NCBI GenBank assembly: GCA_977020255.1
Contig: CDROCS010005135.1
Coordinates: forward strand, 1 to 64,000
Direction of reading: 5' to 3'
Length of the DNA stretch: 64,000 bases
Source: Obrimoposthia wandeli
Lineage: Eukaryota
A model generated the notes under the pieces. The model was not told the DNA's origin, did not search any database, and saw only the letters and a list, made by a program, of their open reading frames with translations. The position numbers and the translations under genes were made by a program. This document shows, piece after piece, positions 21,704-30,479 of the stretch; the stretch's first letter is position 1, and each line of letters opens with the position of its first letter.

Positions 21704-22507
21704 CTAAACAAGATCAGGACGAACAATCAAAACTGACTCAACAATGATAGAAATTGAGCCGCAAGGTTCAGACGTTTTCACCGTGAACTTAAGCTCTGAG
21801 TTGTGCACCGTACGGAAAAGCTCATCGATGTAATAACCGCGCATGATTGGGTCAAAGTGGTAGCAGTTTGCTTGCCAGAAACGACGATTACGCTTTGCGC
21901 GCATATCTTCTAATGCACGTGTTGAATCATGGACTTTGACAAAGTCACGGTGAATTTGCAGTGAGTGCACTTTGTCACTGAGAAAGTGCATACGGCGCAC
22001 CATGTGAAGCGGACCAGAAATCAAGTCAAGAAACTCGTTCTCTGTTGAACTTGCTTGCATGGTCTGGCGTTTGATTTGCGGAACAACCACACGAGCACCT
22101 TGACCTGCTGATACGGTTGCCCATGCCTGTAGTTTGATGGCGGGTGCATTCTCTTGGCTGGTTTCTGCGACTTCAATTTCTAGCGTGATGTTGTCACCGC
22201 TTTCCGTTACCAGACCAGTGTAAGCCATGCCGTTTTTGGTTTTTGCGGTGATATCCATTAATGGAATTGCGAAAAATCCGTCCGTTTGGGTCAGACCTTT
22301 GTAGGCTTCCAGCTTTTTGATTAGCTCACCGTCTAGAACAATGATTTCATCAGCATTCAGCGTGATAGAAACGCGTTTTAATTGGGCTGCACTGAGGTTT
22401 GTTTCGAGAAAAATTTCGTCATACGTTGGGCCAATCGGAATGGTTAACGTCGCTTTTTCACCGTAGCCAGTACCCGTAAATGAATTCAGCTTAGTTGGAG
22501 CAGTCAT
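21704..22507 (-). CDS. Double-jelly-roll major capsid protein (PM2 P2-like)
   Basis: 267 aa, beta-rich; KLNSFTGTGYGEKATLTIPIGPTYDEI aligns by eye with PM2 P2 LNSIPNVAAGNSCSIKLPIGQTYEVI; conserved gene position. Confidence 0.8.
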   Translation of the reverse strand: MTAPTKLNSFTGTGYGEKATLTIPIGPTYDEIFLETNLSAAQLKRVSITLNADEIIVLDGELIKKLEAYKGLTQTDGFFAIPLMDITAKTKNGMAYTGLVTESGDNITLEIEVAETSQENAPAIKLQAWATVSAGQGARVVVPQIKRQTMQASSTENEFLDLISGPLHMVRRMHFLSDKVHSLQIHRDFVKVHDSTRALEDMRAKRNRRFWQANCYHFDPIMRGYYIDELFRTVHNSELKFTVKTSEPCGSISIIVESVLIVRPDLV

Positions 22508-22521
22508 AGTGATTTACTCCC

Positions 22522-22635
22522 TTAACCGATTTGGTCTTCAACGGCATCAACGTTATTTGATGCCCAGACAACGCCAGCTGCGACAAGCAGTGCAATCACC
22601 GCTGTGACTGCATACCCTTTAGTTTTTGCATTCAT
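22522..22635 (-). CDS. 37-aa PM2 P7-like membrane protein (not in ORF track)
   Basis: MNAKTKGYAVTAVIALLVAAGVVWASNNVDAVEDQIG*; single TM immediately upstream of the MCP gene. Confidence 0.65.
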   Translation of the reverse strand: MNAKTKGYAVTAVIALLVAAGVVWASNNVDAVEDQIG

Positions 22636-22781
22636 GTTTATTAGCTCTCTGTATAAACGTGTTTAAGAGCCAATAGGAAAACAGGTGATTTGGTTTTAAG
22701 GCAAACGAAATAAAGCAAGGAAGGCTATAGGTTAAATAACGAGGTAGGGGGGCTTTATTTCATCTCTTTTTTCTAACGTGC

Positions 22782-22812
22782 AAAATACACCTATCACTGA
22801 TAGGTGTATTTT
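22782..22812. terminator. Perfect inverted repeat, terminator of the cargo gene
   Basis: AAAATACACCTATCA-c-TGATAGGTGTATTTT, 19 nt after the cargo stop. Confidence 0.75.
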
Positions 22813-22831
22813 CATTATGGGAAATGTAAAG

Positions 22832-24250
22832 TTAAATATGAACAGCTTCGATGATAATAATATTATCATCATTTGATAAATTAAATTTACTCATAGAGCT
22901 TCTAACTTCATCTGCTTTCTTTAAGCTATAGCAAATTATAATAACAACTTGATGATTCACATCACCTTGGCTACGTTTGAATAAATAGCTATCAAGGTGA
23001 GGGTTACTTGCCATTTTAGTTTCAAATGAATTATTTAGTTTGAAGTTGTTCTTCAAGCAATTATTCGCTTTGAGTAATATGCTAAACAGCATTTTTATTT
23101 CTTTTGCATTGGTGATTCTTTTGTCTTTAATGAATAGTGGAGCTGAACTCTTGTTTAATATATCTTTCAAAATAATTGATTTTTCACGAAGATTAGATAA
23201 GCTCTTTACTTTCAAATTAAAAAAATCAGTACCTTGCAACTTAACAATCAATTCACTACCATTATTTAGGAATAGTGATTTAGCATTAAACATTCTCTTT
23301 TTAGTTAATTTTGAAGCTTCTTTTTCACCATCACTTTCAGTTTTATACTTTATGTAATAGTCTAAATATGATGGGTATTTTTTGATTAAATCATTCATAA
23401 CCATTCGATGGTAATCAGTTCTCTTTCCCGTAGAAAGGAGCATGCTTCTATCATAGAAATCAAAAACATTTTTAGCAAAGTTACTATCAGATATATGACT
23501 CAAAACTTTTTTGAATTGAGCGTGACTTTTAATTACATCATTTTTACATATCCAAGTATTATCTTTTGTTAAAAGTTCTATTGGACTTAAAATGACATAT
23601 TCGCCGTCATGAATAGGCATGTGGTATTTTTTATCAACCCAAACCTTATTGTCATAATCAAAAAGTGCTCGTTTAACCAATACATCTTTGCAAAATTTAT
23701 TATCAATAAAAGTCTTTGCGAAGTATTCCGTGTATGAAAGAAGGTAATCTTTTATTATATTGGTTGTGAAGTCACTAATTTTATCTTTGCCTATTTTATC
23801 TTGGCATAAGCAAAACTTTTCTATATGGACAGTATTTGAATTTTCATTACTACCAAATTTTTTAAATATATTGTTAATGCTGAAGTTTAACTTGTTCGCA
23901 AAATCACTAGCTAAACCACTCCCGTTATTACCATCAACACTAAAGCCTAGCCAGTTTTCTTTTACTTCGTGAAACATGAACCATTCATTTAAGTTTTCTT
24001 CACTAATATCATCACTCGCATTATCTTGAAGAAATATCAAGTATTTAACAATATCATCATGCAGGTGTTGATAGTTTTTATTTTTATAAATTAAAAAGGG
24101 ATCTATAAACAAAGGAATATCATTTATTAATGAAATATCAAAAGCACCATATTCATCAATAATTTCCCTTGAAACGTCAAAAAAGTCAGAGAAATAAATA
24201 CTTGGTTTATCCAGTATCACAGGAACATCTAAATCAACACATTCACTCAT
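22832..24250 (-). CDS. AT-rich prophage cargo (moron) protein, 472 aa; candidate anti-phage nuclease-fold protein
   Basis: Much lower GC than flanking phage genes; motifs YFSDFF, GAFDISLINDIPLFIDPFL, IGKDKISDFTTNIIK and C-terminal FETKMASN. Confidence 0.75.
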   Translation of the reverse strand: MSECVDLDVPVILDKPSIYFSDFFDVSREIIDEYGAFDISLINDIPLFIDPFLIYKNKNYQHLHDDIVKYLIFLQDNASDDISEENLNEWFMFHEVKENWLGFSVDGNNGSGLASDFANKLNFSINNIFKKFGSNENSNTVHIEKFCLCQDKIGKDKISDFTTNIIKDYLLSYTEYFAKTFIDNKFCKDVLVKRALFDYDNKVWVDKKYHMPIHDGEYVILSPIELLTKDNTWICKNDVIKSHAQFKKVLSHISDSNFAKNVFDFYDRSMLLSTGKRTDYHRMVMNDLIKKYPSYLDYYIKYKTESDGEKEASKLTKKRMFNAKSLFLNNGSELIVKLQGTDFFNLKVKSLSNLREKSIILKDILNKSSAPLFIKDKRITNAKEIKMLFSILLKANNCLKNNFKLNNSFETKMASNPHLDSYLFKRSQGDVNHQVVIIICYSLKKADEVRSSMSKFNLSNDDNIIIIEAVHI

Positions 24251-24345
24251 GTAAAACCTCAGAAAAACATATAGACCTGCTAAATCTATATGAATTTACG
24301 TGCAAATCCAACAGATGGAATAGTGTGTTGATGCATTTCGTGTGG

Positions 24346-24375
24346 ATTATAATAAATCAGAGAGTTAGTTCACAA
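24346..24375 (-). promoter_or_regulatory. Putative sigma70 promoter of the cargo gene
   Basis: Minus strand TTGTGA-N18-TATAAT, about 95 nt upstream of the ATG. Confidence 0.5.
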
Positions 24376-24393
24376 AATCAGCACTTTCCATTA

Positions 24394-25059
24394 TTACCAT
24401 CGAATAATATCTTTCTTCCACGCCTTACCATCCTGAAGAATGTATTCAAGCTTTATCAACGGGATAACCTCACTAGCAGGTATTCCTGTCTTCCTTTGGA
24501 TGTAATGCGCACTATCATCAGCTTTTTGCATCATCACACACGCATATTGGCAGTTATCAATGATCGTCTTTGAGACTTCCTGACCACGCTGAAACATATT
24601 GATGGTGTGAATGTTGTATTTCCGTCCTAGCCTTAACAGCTTGCCATGGTAGCCTGTTGCTTTGCCTGTGGTGTGACTGTGCTCGGCAACTTCTTCACAA
24701 ATTACCTTTAAGGGTTTGGCATGTTTACCATCACCGACACCCCATGCAATTGAGCAGAAACGGTCAAAGTCTTCTTCTGTGGTTTCCCGTTTCGGGTAAT
24801 ACGCAATTTTAAATCCTTGCTTGGTTTTACGCCCCGCAAGAATGGCGATAGCAAAATCACGAAGGTTGGAATAGCTGCGAACGACACGCCCCGCGAGTTT
24901 GCCTTGGTAATCGTTAAGAGGGTCAAAAATCACCACTTGGTCGGTTGCCTTAACAAACAGCTTTTTGGCTGCGGAGGTTTTCCCGCAGCCAGACATGCCA
25001 ACCGCATACGCATGATGATTATCTAGCGTATTGTTTTGGTTAACAGGTTGGAGTTTCAA
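24394..25059 (-). CDS. Genome packaging ATPase (PM2 P9/A32-like, FtsK-HerA superfamily)
   Basis: Walker A GMSGCGKT, Walker B VICEE, GRKYNI arginine-finger motif, FQRGQEVSKTIIDN; 221 aa, no TM. Confidence 0.85.
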   Translation of the reverse strand: MKLQPVNQNNTLDNHHAYAVGMSGCGKTSAAKKLFVKATDQVVIFDPLNDYQGKLAGRVVRSYSNLRDFAIAILAGRKTKQGFKIAYYPKRETTEEDFDRFCSIAWGVGDGKHAKPLKVICEEVAEHSHTTGKATGYHGKLLRLGRKYNIHTINMFQRGQEVSKTIIDNCQYACVMMQKADDSAHYIQRKTGIPASEVIPLIKLEYILQDGKAWKKDIIRW

Positions 25060-25529
25060 GCCGCCTCCTTGTCATTATTATCGTCATTCGCTGCCGTCTT
25101 CGATTTTATGTCTTCTAGCTTTAATTTCCTGACTTGCATCATGCTACTGAACCCTAATAAACCAATCGCAAACAATGCCATGATTTCGTCCATATACGGT
25201 TCTAACCACGGTGGCGGTTTACCGCCGTATTTCACGATCAAAGGCGCAACCTTATAGGCTACGTTTTCGGCTTGGTCGACATCAAATTTAAAGTCTTTGT
25301 GTACTGCCATTTTAAGTGTTGATTCAGTTGCCATTAACCCCATGAACACGATGCCAGCAGCGGCTTCAATCGACATGGCTTCTGGCTCATCTTTCGGTTT
25401 AACGTCGGTTTGAGTGGGATCAAAATCAACATCATCATTAAAACTATTGGCAAAGCGTTTTTCATCATCTTCTGAATGATATTCAATTTGCTCGGTTTCG
25501 TCTGGCTTGATTGGCTCTTTGATTTCCAT
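25056..25529 (-). CDS. Phage protein with acidic N-terminus and hydrophobic helices, coupled to the ATPase
   Basis: 157-aa ORF, KYGGKPPPWLEPYMDEI, ATGA overlap with the ATPase gene. Confidence 0.7.
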   Translation of the reverse strand: MEIKEPIKPDETEQIEYHSEDDEKRFANSFNDDVDFDPTQTDVKPKDEPEAMSIEAAAGIVFMGLMATESTLKMAVHKDFKFDVDQAENVAYKVAPLIVKYGGKPPPWLEPYMDEIMALFAIGLLGFSSMMQVRKLKLEDIKSKTAANDDNNDKEAA

Positions 25530-25553
25530 GCTGTTTCCTATAGGTTTGTTGGG

Positions 25554-26045
25554 TTAGTTGAACTTAACGATTGCACCGCCAGTAAGCCCGCCAAGGACAA
25601 TGCCGCAAAGCACAGCACCCCAACCAATACGCTTTTGTTGCGGTTCTTTTTCGGTTTGATTATCGGTTTTGGTTCGGTCACTGGTTTGCTCTGCAATGCA
25701 GGTGGTTGCTGGCTTGTCTGGTTCAATGATTGGGTTTTTATTGCCTCCGCTTTCACTGCTTGTTTCTGCTGATGCTGGCGGTGTTTCTTTAATGATGCTG
25801 GATTCTTCGGGTTGCGTTTGCTCACTGGTGATTAACTCCGCTTTGGTTACATGGAATTGATTGAATACACGTTGAACTGGCTCGCCAGTACGTTGGTCGG
25901 TGCCACAGGTATCGCAAATCGAATACAGGAATCTTGCCCGTTTACCCCGCGAACGGTGCAAGGTTCGAACATCACCACATTCGCAGCGTTGACCGCCTGC
26001 GGTCGGATTGGTTGAGGCGCGTGTTGGCCATCCGTTGTTATCCAT
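25554..26045 (-). CDS. Zn-ribbon protein with C-terminal TM (possibly PM2 P14-like regulator)
   Basis: CECG..CDTCG N-terminus, disordered linker, TM IGWGAVLCGIVLGGLTGGAIV. Confidence 0.65.
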   Translation of the reverse strand: MDNNGWPTRASTNPTAGGQRCECGDVRTLHRSRGKRARFLYSICDTCGTDQRTGEPVQRVFNQFHVTKAELITSEQTQPEESSIIKETPPASAETSSESGGNKNPIIEPDKPATTCIAEQTSDRTKTDNQTEKEPQQKRIGWGAVLCGIVLGGLTGGAIVKFN

Positions 26046-26220
26046 TCTGTTTTCCTTCCAATGTATTTAAGCGTTTATTAGTAATGTTGATGTAGCGAAT
26101 TAATGCCTGAATCAATGGCTTAAATGTTTTACCCATCAATGAATTACTAAATGATTCACCCGCATCACTGATAGTTTGTGTATTTTCTTCTGCTGCTTTT
26201 TGTAACGCTTCTACTGACAC
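26038..26220 (-). CDS. Small phage coiled-coil protein
   Basis: 60-aa ORF with AAGG RBS, overlapping the next gene. Confidence 0.55.
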   Translation of the reverse strand: MSVEALQKAAEENTQTISDAGESFSNSLMGKTFKPLIQALIRYINITNKRLNTLEGKQNG

Positions 26221-26232
26221 TATTTTTTTACC

Positions 26233-28092
26233 TTATATTCGGATTGATTGGATAAAGGACTTACTACTGTGCCCCTTGGGCGGGTGAAGGTGGTTGTAAG
26301 GCTTACTGGGCTCTAACTGCGTACAGTTATTGACACAAGTCCAAGGTAGAGCAGGAGACGAATCAAGAGCCAAAGAATCAACATCAAGAGCTTTAGGCGC
26401 ATCAGCTTTCACTAAACGCCATTCATGCTCATGTGTGAACACAGTGATGCCCGCACCATGCAGCCCGATTATTTTCTCAATGGTTTCGCCGTATCGGTTT
26501 TCGTCTAATTCTTTGTAAGGTTTGATAGGTCGCTGGCTCTGCTTAACGCGGTGACCGCCCATGTAATCGAAATAGGCTGAAAAGAAACCCCAATCAGCCG
26601 CACGACGGGCTTTTTCAAACAAGCCATACTCTTGCTCATCTTGAATTCTGCGCAGCTCTCGCCATACCGTGACACTCGGTACTTTTTGAAATTGGAATTG
26701 ACGGAAACTGAATGTGCGCGACCATGCCGTAACGTTATTGACAACCTCGGTTAACTTGACGGTTTTTGCGTCTAAGTCGCTTGCATCACCAAGACCAAAG
26801 CCGTCGATATTCTTAGAAATGTATTTGGCGATATACGCAACTGCATCACCTTTTGATGGGTCGATTAATTTGATATCAATACGGGCTTTCATTGCCTTAG
26901 TTTTTGGCATGCCGTCAGGAAAATATAATTCCCCAGAATCACGCTGCATTTGGTAATAACGCAGTAGGGCTGTGAACTTCCCAAATTGCTCCAATGGCAT
27001 GAAAAACACTGCATGCCAGTGGGGTGTGCCATCAACATGCGGCTCAACAACACGCATCCCGTAATAATCTAAACCACGACGACCCGCAGCACTTCTGAAA
27101 CGCTCCCACGACAAAGAAAGCCATTGATGCGCAGCTTTTGCGCCTGTTTGGTTCCAGTTAGGGTTTTCTATCCAAAAATTGCCGCGCTTTTTCAAACGAT
27201 GGTATTTACCTGGCGAGGTCATGGTGACGAATACGGCAACATGTGTTTGCTCGTCGGCATATTCCTGACACCCAGACATGCGGGTCATCAATTCATTTCG
27301 ACGGTTTACAGGGTTAGCCACTGACGCGTCATGCACGTCTTTCATGCTGAATTGTTCACCCAATTCATTCTCGACCACCATCATTTCAAGCCATGCGCTT
27401 TGTTGTTTCTGTCTATCTTTGAGCCATTGGCACGCAGAATAAGACGCATACGGGCTGGTATGTGAAGACACCATGCCAGCCGCACGACGGGCATTTTCAA
27501 AAGCTGCGGTAACTTGGCGGGTAATGGATCGCTTCCAGACTGCCGCATCAATGGCACGACCAATAATGCCGAAATACACATCATCGTCTTTGCCTTCTCT
27601 GGGTAGCATTTGAGGCATCCATAACCCTAAGCCTACAAACTCATTTATTAACCTAACGGCTTCTAATGGGGTCATGCCTTTATCACATGCAATTTGAAAG
27701 TGCATATGTGCGCGCCCTGCTAGTTCATCAGCAAGACGGGCACACTTGAACTCTGTATTCACTCGATAAAACGGTTCTGGTAAAACAGCCAATGCCGCAT
27801 GGGCTGCCTTAGAGCGAGATTCGATAAATGACAAGGCTCTATCGAGCCCGTACTTACGCAATCTCATGGCGGCTGAATGGTCTAGATATCGCTTAATATC
27901 GGACGGTAACGATAATTGCAAACACGCCTCGGTACTAAAGGCGAGCACCTTGCCTAACATGCTGTCAGGGGTGTTACACCACGGATTCACATCACTGAAT
28001 TGTTGTGATTCCTTTTCGGCAAACTCGCCTAAAGCTTCGTAGGTTTTAGGCGCATGTTTGCGAAGGTAGGCGAGGGGGTTTTTAATGCTCAT
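26233..28092 (-). CDS. Rolling-circle replication endonuclease (P2 gpA-like HUH Rep)
   Basis: FVTMTSPGKYH, YYGMRVVEPHVDGTPHWH (HUH), YIAKYISKNIDG (two catalytic Tyr), RQFQF, PSVTVWRELRR, PWTCVNNCT. Confidence 0.92.
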   Translation of the reverse strand: MSIKNPLAYLRKHAPKTYEALGEFAEKESQQFSDVNPWCNTPDSMLGKVLAFSTEACLQLSLPSDIKRYLDHSAAMRLRKYGLDRALSFIESRSKAAHAALAVLPEPFYRVNTEFKCARLADELAGRAHMHFQIACDKGMTPLEAVRLINEFVGLGLWMPQMLPREGKDDDVYFGIIGRAIDAAVWKRSITRQVTAAFENARRAAGMVSSHTSPYASYSACQWLKDRQKQQSAWLEMMVVENELGEQFSMKDVHDASVANPVNRRNELMTRMSGCQEYADEQTHVAVFVTMTSPGKYHRLKKRGNFWIENPNWNQTGAKAAHQWLSLSWERFRSAAGRRGLDYYGMRVVEPHVDGTPHWHAVFFMPLEQFGKFTALLRYYQMQRDSGELYFPDGMPKTKAMKARIDIKLIDPSKGDAVAYIAKYISKNIDGFGLGDASDLDAKTVKLTEVVNNVTAWSRTFSFRQFQFQKVPSVTVWRELRRIQDEQEYGLFEKARRAADWGFFSAYFDYMGGHRVKQSQRPIKPYKELDENRYGETIEKIIGLHGAGITVFTHEHEWRLVKADAPKALDVDSLALDSSPALPWTCVNNCTQLEPSKPYNHLHPPKGHSSKSFIQSIRI

Positions 28093-28268
28093 TGCGCAGA
28101 CCTTGATTGCAGTTGGTTCGCTCTTACTCTAATGCGCTCTGACATTTGAATCTTTTTGCGGTCTTGCTTGGTTTTAATTCGCTGTAACTCACAGCGAATT
28201 TTACGAATGTTATTCAGCCCTGAAAGGCACTGTTTTTTGGTAGGAAATTCAAAATCTTTGGTATTCAT
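28089..28268 (-). CDS. Small basic phage protein
   Basis: MNTKDFEFPTKK.. after GGGCGC RBS-like sequence; ATGA-type overlap with rep. Confidence 0.55.
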   Translation of the reverse strand: MNTKDFEFPTKKQCLSGLNNIRKIRCELQRIKTKQDRKKIQMSERIRVRANQLQSRSAQ

Positions 28269-28278
28269 AGTGCGCCCC

Positions 28279-28530
28279 TTAGATTGATGATTTCCAATTA
28301 GTATTTTCTTTCGCTTGCTCGTCTGCATACTTTTCAAGCGCCAACATATTGATAAATACCCGTCCACGACGAAGTCCAACACGTTGCATTACAGGTAATT
28401 TCCCGTTTTTTACCTGCCCCTTAACTGCATCCAAACTTAACCCTACTAAGTCTGCGAACTTCTCTATCGTCACAAATGGCGCATAATTACCTTTTATGAC
28501 TCCTTCCGACTCTTTATAATGTTCTATCAT
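28279..28530 (-). CDS. Cox/Apl-like regulator and excisionase
   Basis: APFVTIEKFADLVGLSLDAVKGQVKNGKLPV..GRVFINMLAL winged-HTH pattern; divergent from the repressor. Confidence 0.75.
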   Translation of the reverse strand: MIEHYKESEGVIKGNYAPFVTIEKFADLVGLSLDAVKGQVKNGKLPVMQRVGLRRGRVFINMLALEKYADEQAKENTNWKSSI

Positions 28531-28637
28531 TTAAATTATCCTTAAATACCCACTATTGACACTACGTCAACCTAAGTGGTCAGTAAGGCGAATTTACTCC
28601 CTTTTATTACCTACTGTCAACCTTAAAGGTCATCATT

Positions 28638-29381
28638 ATGAAGGAATGGTTTTTAACATCAGAGTTGTTAGATCATGAGGGAATGCCAAACTCTCGTCAG
28701 GCGATTGCAAAAAAAGCAAAAAGAAACAATTGGTTAAAGCGAAAGGCTCAAGGGGAGGGGCGCTCTCTTGAGTACCATATTTCCAATCTCCATGAAGATA
28801 TTCAAAAGTCGCTAATTGTGAAGTACGGCGAAGATTTCGAAATAAAGAACATACCTAGTGTCATCGCCCAGCTAAAAGAAAATGCAGTCAAATATGAAGA
28901 CGATGAGAAACCGTTAAGTAACGTATCAAAAGAAATACCACTGGACGAAATAAGCGATTGGTGCATCTTACCTGTTTATGATGTTCACGCGGCAGCAGGA
29001 GCAGGAACATTGATTCAATCTGAATACCAAATAGGTACATTTCAAATACCATGTGTATTACTGCATGAATACGGATTGAACGCAGAAAATAGCTCTATCA
29101 TTTTTGTGGATGGTGATTCTATGGAGCCAACATTGAGCCACAAAGACAAACTGCTTGTTGATATTCAAGAGTATTATCATCCTGTAACTAACGGTGTTTA
29201 TGTCATTCGAATTGATGATGCAGTTTATGTAAAGCGTTTACACTGGGATATTGAAAACGGTCTTTACAACATTATTTCTGATAACTCGAAATACGCACCT
29301 TTCAAAATTGACCACAACAATGGGCGCAATTTTAAGATTATCGGGAAAGTTATCACCATCATAATGAAGCCAGTGTTATGA
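28638..29381 (+). CDS. Prophage repressor: Mu-type HTH fused to an S24 (LexA/CI) peptidase domain
   Basis: N-terminus EWFLTSEL..EGMPNSRQAI..W.KRK..GEG..EYHISNL; Ala-Gly cleavage site (AAAGAG), VDGDSMEPTL (Ser), VYVKRL (Lys). Confidence 0.85.
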   Translation: MKEWFLTSELLDHEGMPNSRQAIAKKAKRNNWLKRKAQGEGRSLEYHISNLHEDIQKSLIVKYGEDFEIKNIPSVIAQLKENAVKYEDDEKPLSNVSKEIPLDEISDWCILPVYDVHAAAGAGTLIQSEYQIGTFQIPCVLLHEYGLNAENSSIIFVDGDSMEPTLSHKDKLLVDIQEYYHPVTNGVYVIRIDDAVYVKRLHWDIENGLYNIISDNSKYAPFKIDHNNGRNFKIIGKVITIIMKPVL

Positions 29382-30367
29382 GTATTAAAAAAGAAGATAC
29401 CAAGTGGCTAGTTGATATTCGCCCGTCAGGAAGAGACGGTAAGCGATATAGGCGAAAATTTGAAAGAAAAGCAGAAGCTCTAGCGTATGAAAAACATATT
29501 CTAGCCACTGCACACAGTAAAGAGTGGCTAGGGCTTCCAGCAGACACGCGCCGATTATCAGAACTCATTGAGATATGGTGGAAAAAATCAGGGCAATTCA
29601 AACGCACCGCTGATAATTACCAGAAAAAAGTAAGCCTTATTTGTCGCGAACTGGAAGACCCTCCAGTCAATACAGTAAATCACAAATTACTGTCTAATTG
29701 GGTGCTTTATAGATTAGAGAAAGGTCAGAAACCGTCGACTATTCGACGGCTTATAAAATCATTAAGTAATATTTTTACAGTAACAATTGATTCAGGGGAC
29801 TACATAGGTGAAAACCCACTAACAGGGCTTAAACTCCCCACCGTAAAACAACCTGATATGACATATCTTAATGACAGCCAAATAGACCAACTTCTTGAAG
29901 CCGTTGCAGAACATGACGAACTCAATAAGGTAGTTGAAATTTGCCTGTCTACTGGCTCACGATGGCGAGAAACGATCACATTACGAACAAGCAATCTTTC
30001 GCCTTATAAAATCCGCTTTACCAATACAAAAACAGATAAGCCTCGAACAGTGCCTATTAGCCAAGAGCTCTATGAAAAAATTTACCCAAAAAGTGGGGCA
30101 AGTGTATTTTCTTATGACCCTCAACAAGATCTATACGACATTCTGAATAAACTAGACTTTGGTTTACCCAAAGGACAAAAAGCACATGTACTAAGGCACA
30201 CATTTGCTAGTCACTTTGTTATGGGAGGAGGGGATATTTTAACGTTACGTGACATTCTAGGACATGGCGATATCAAACAAACAATGACCTATGCTCACCT
30301 TGCACCAGACCACCTAACAGACGCCGTGAAATTTAATCCACTATCAAAAAAAAGGCAGTCACAATGA
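29378..30367 (+). CDS. int: Tyrosine integrase, P2/HP1 family
   Basis: WLVDIRPSGRDGKRYRRKF arm-binding domain; TGSR, HVLRH, LGH, TMTYAH catalytic residues. Confidence 0.95.
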   Translation: MSIKKEDTKWLVDIRPSGRDGKRYRRKFERKAEALAYEKHILATAHSKEWLGLPADTRRLSELIEIWWKKSGQFKRTADNYQKKVSLICRELEDPPVNTVNHKLLSNWVLYRLEKGQKPSTIRRLIKSLSNIFTVTIDSGDYIGENPLTGLKLPTVKQPDMTYLNDSQIDQLLEAVAEHDELNKVVEICLSTGSRWRETITLRTSNLSPYKIRFTNTKTDKPRTVPISQELYEKIYPKSGASVFSYDPQQDLYDILNKLDFGLPKGQKAHVLRHTFASHFVMGGGDILTLRDILGHGDIKQTMTYAHLAPDHLTDAVKFNPLSKKRQSQ

Positions 30368-30479
30368 CCACCTTTTGTCCGCGTTTATTACCTTTCATCA
30401 CTATAAGTCACCTATGAGGTAAAGTTAAAGTCATGAAAATTAAAGATTTAACCTTTCGTTACTATTTATCACATATAAA

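Noticed and set aside
25538-25825. Alternative-frame 95-aa basic ORF with a TM-like end
   Set aside because: It is fully nested in the Zn-ribbon gene; its composition is explained by that gene's low-complexity linker and TM codons
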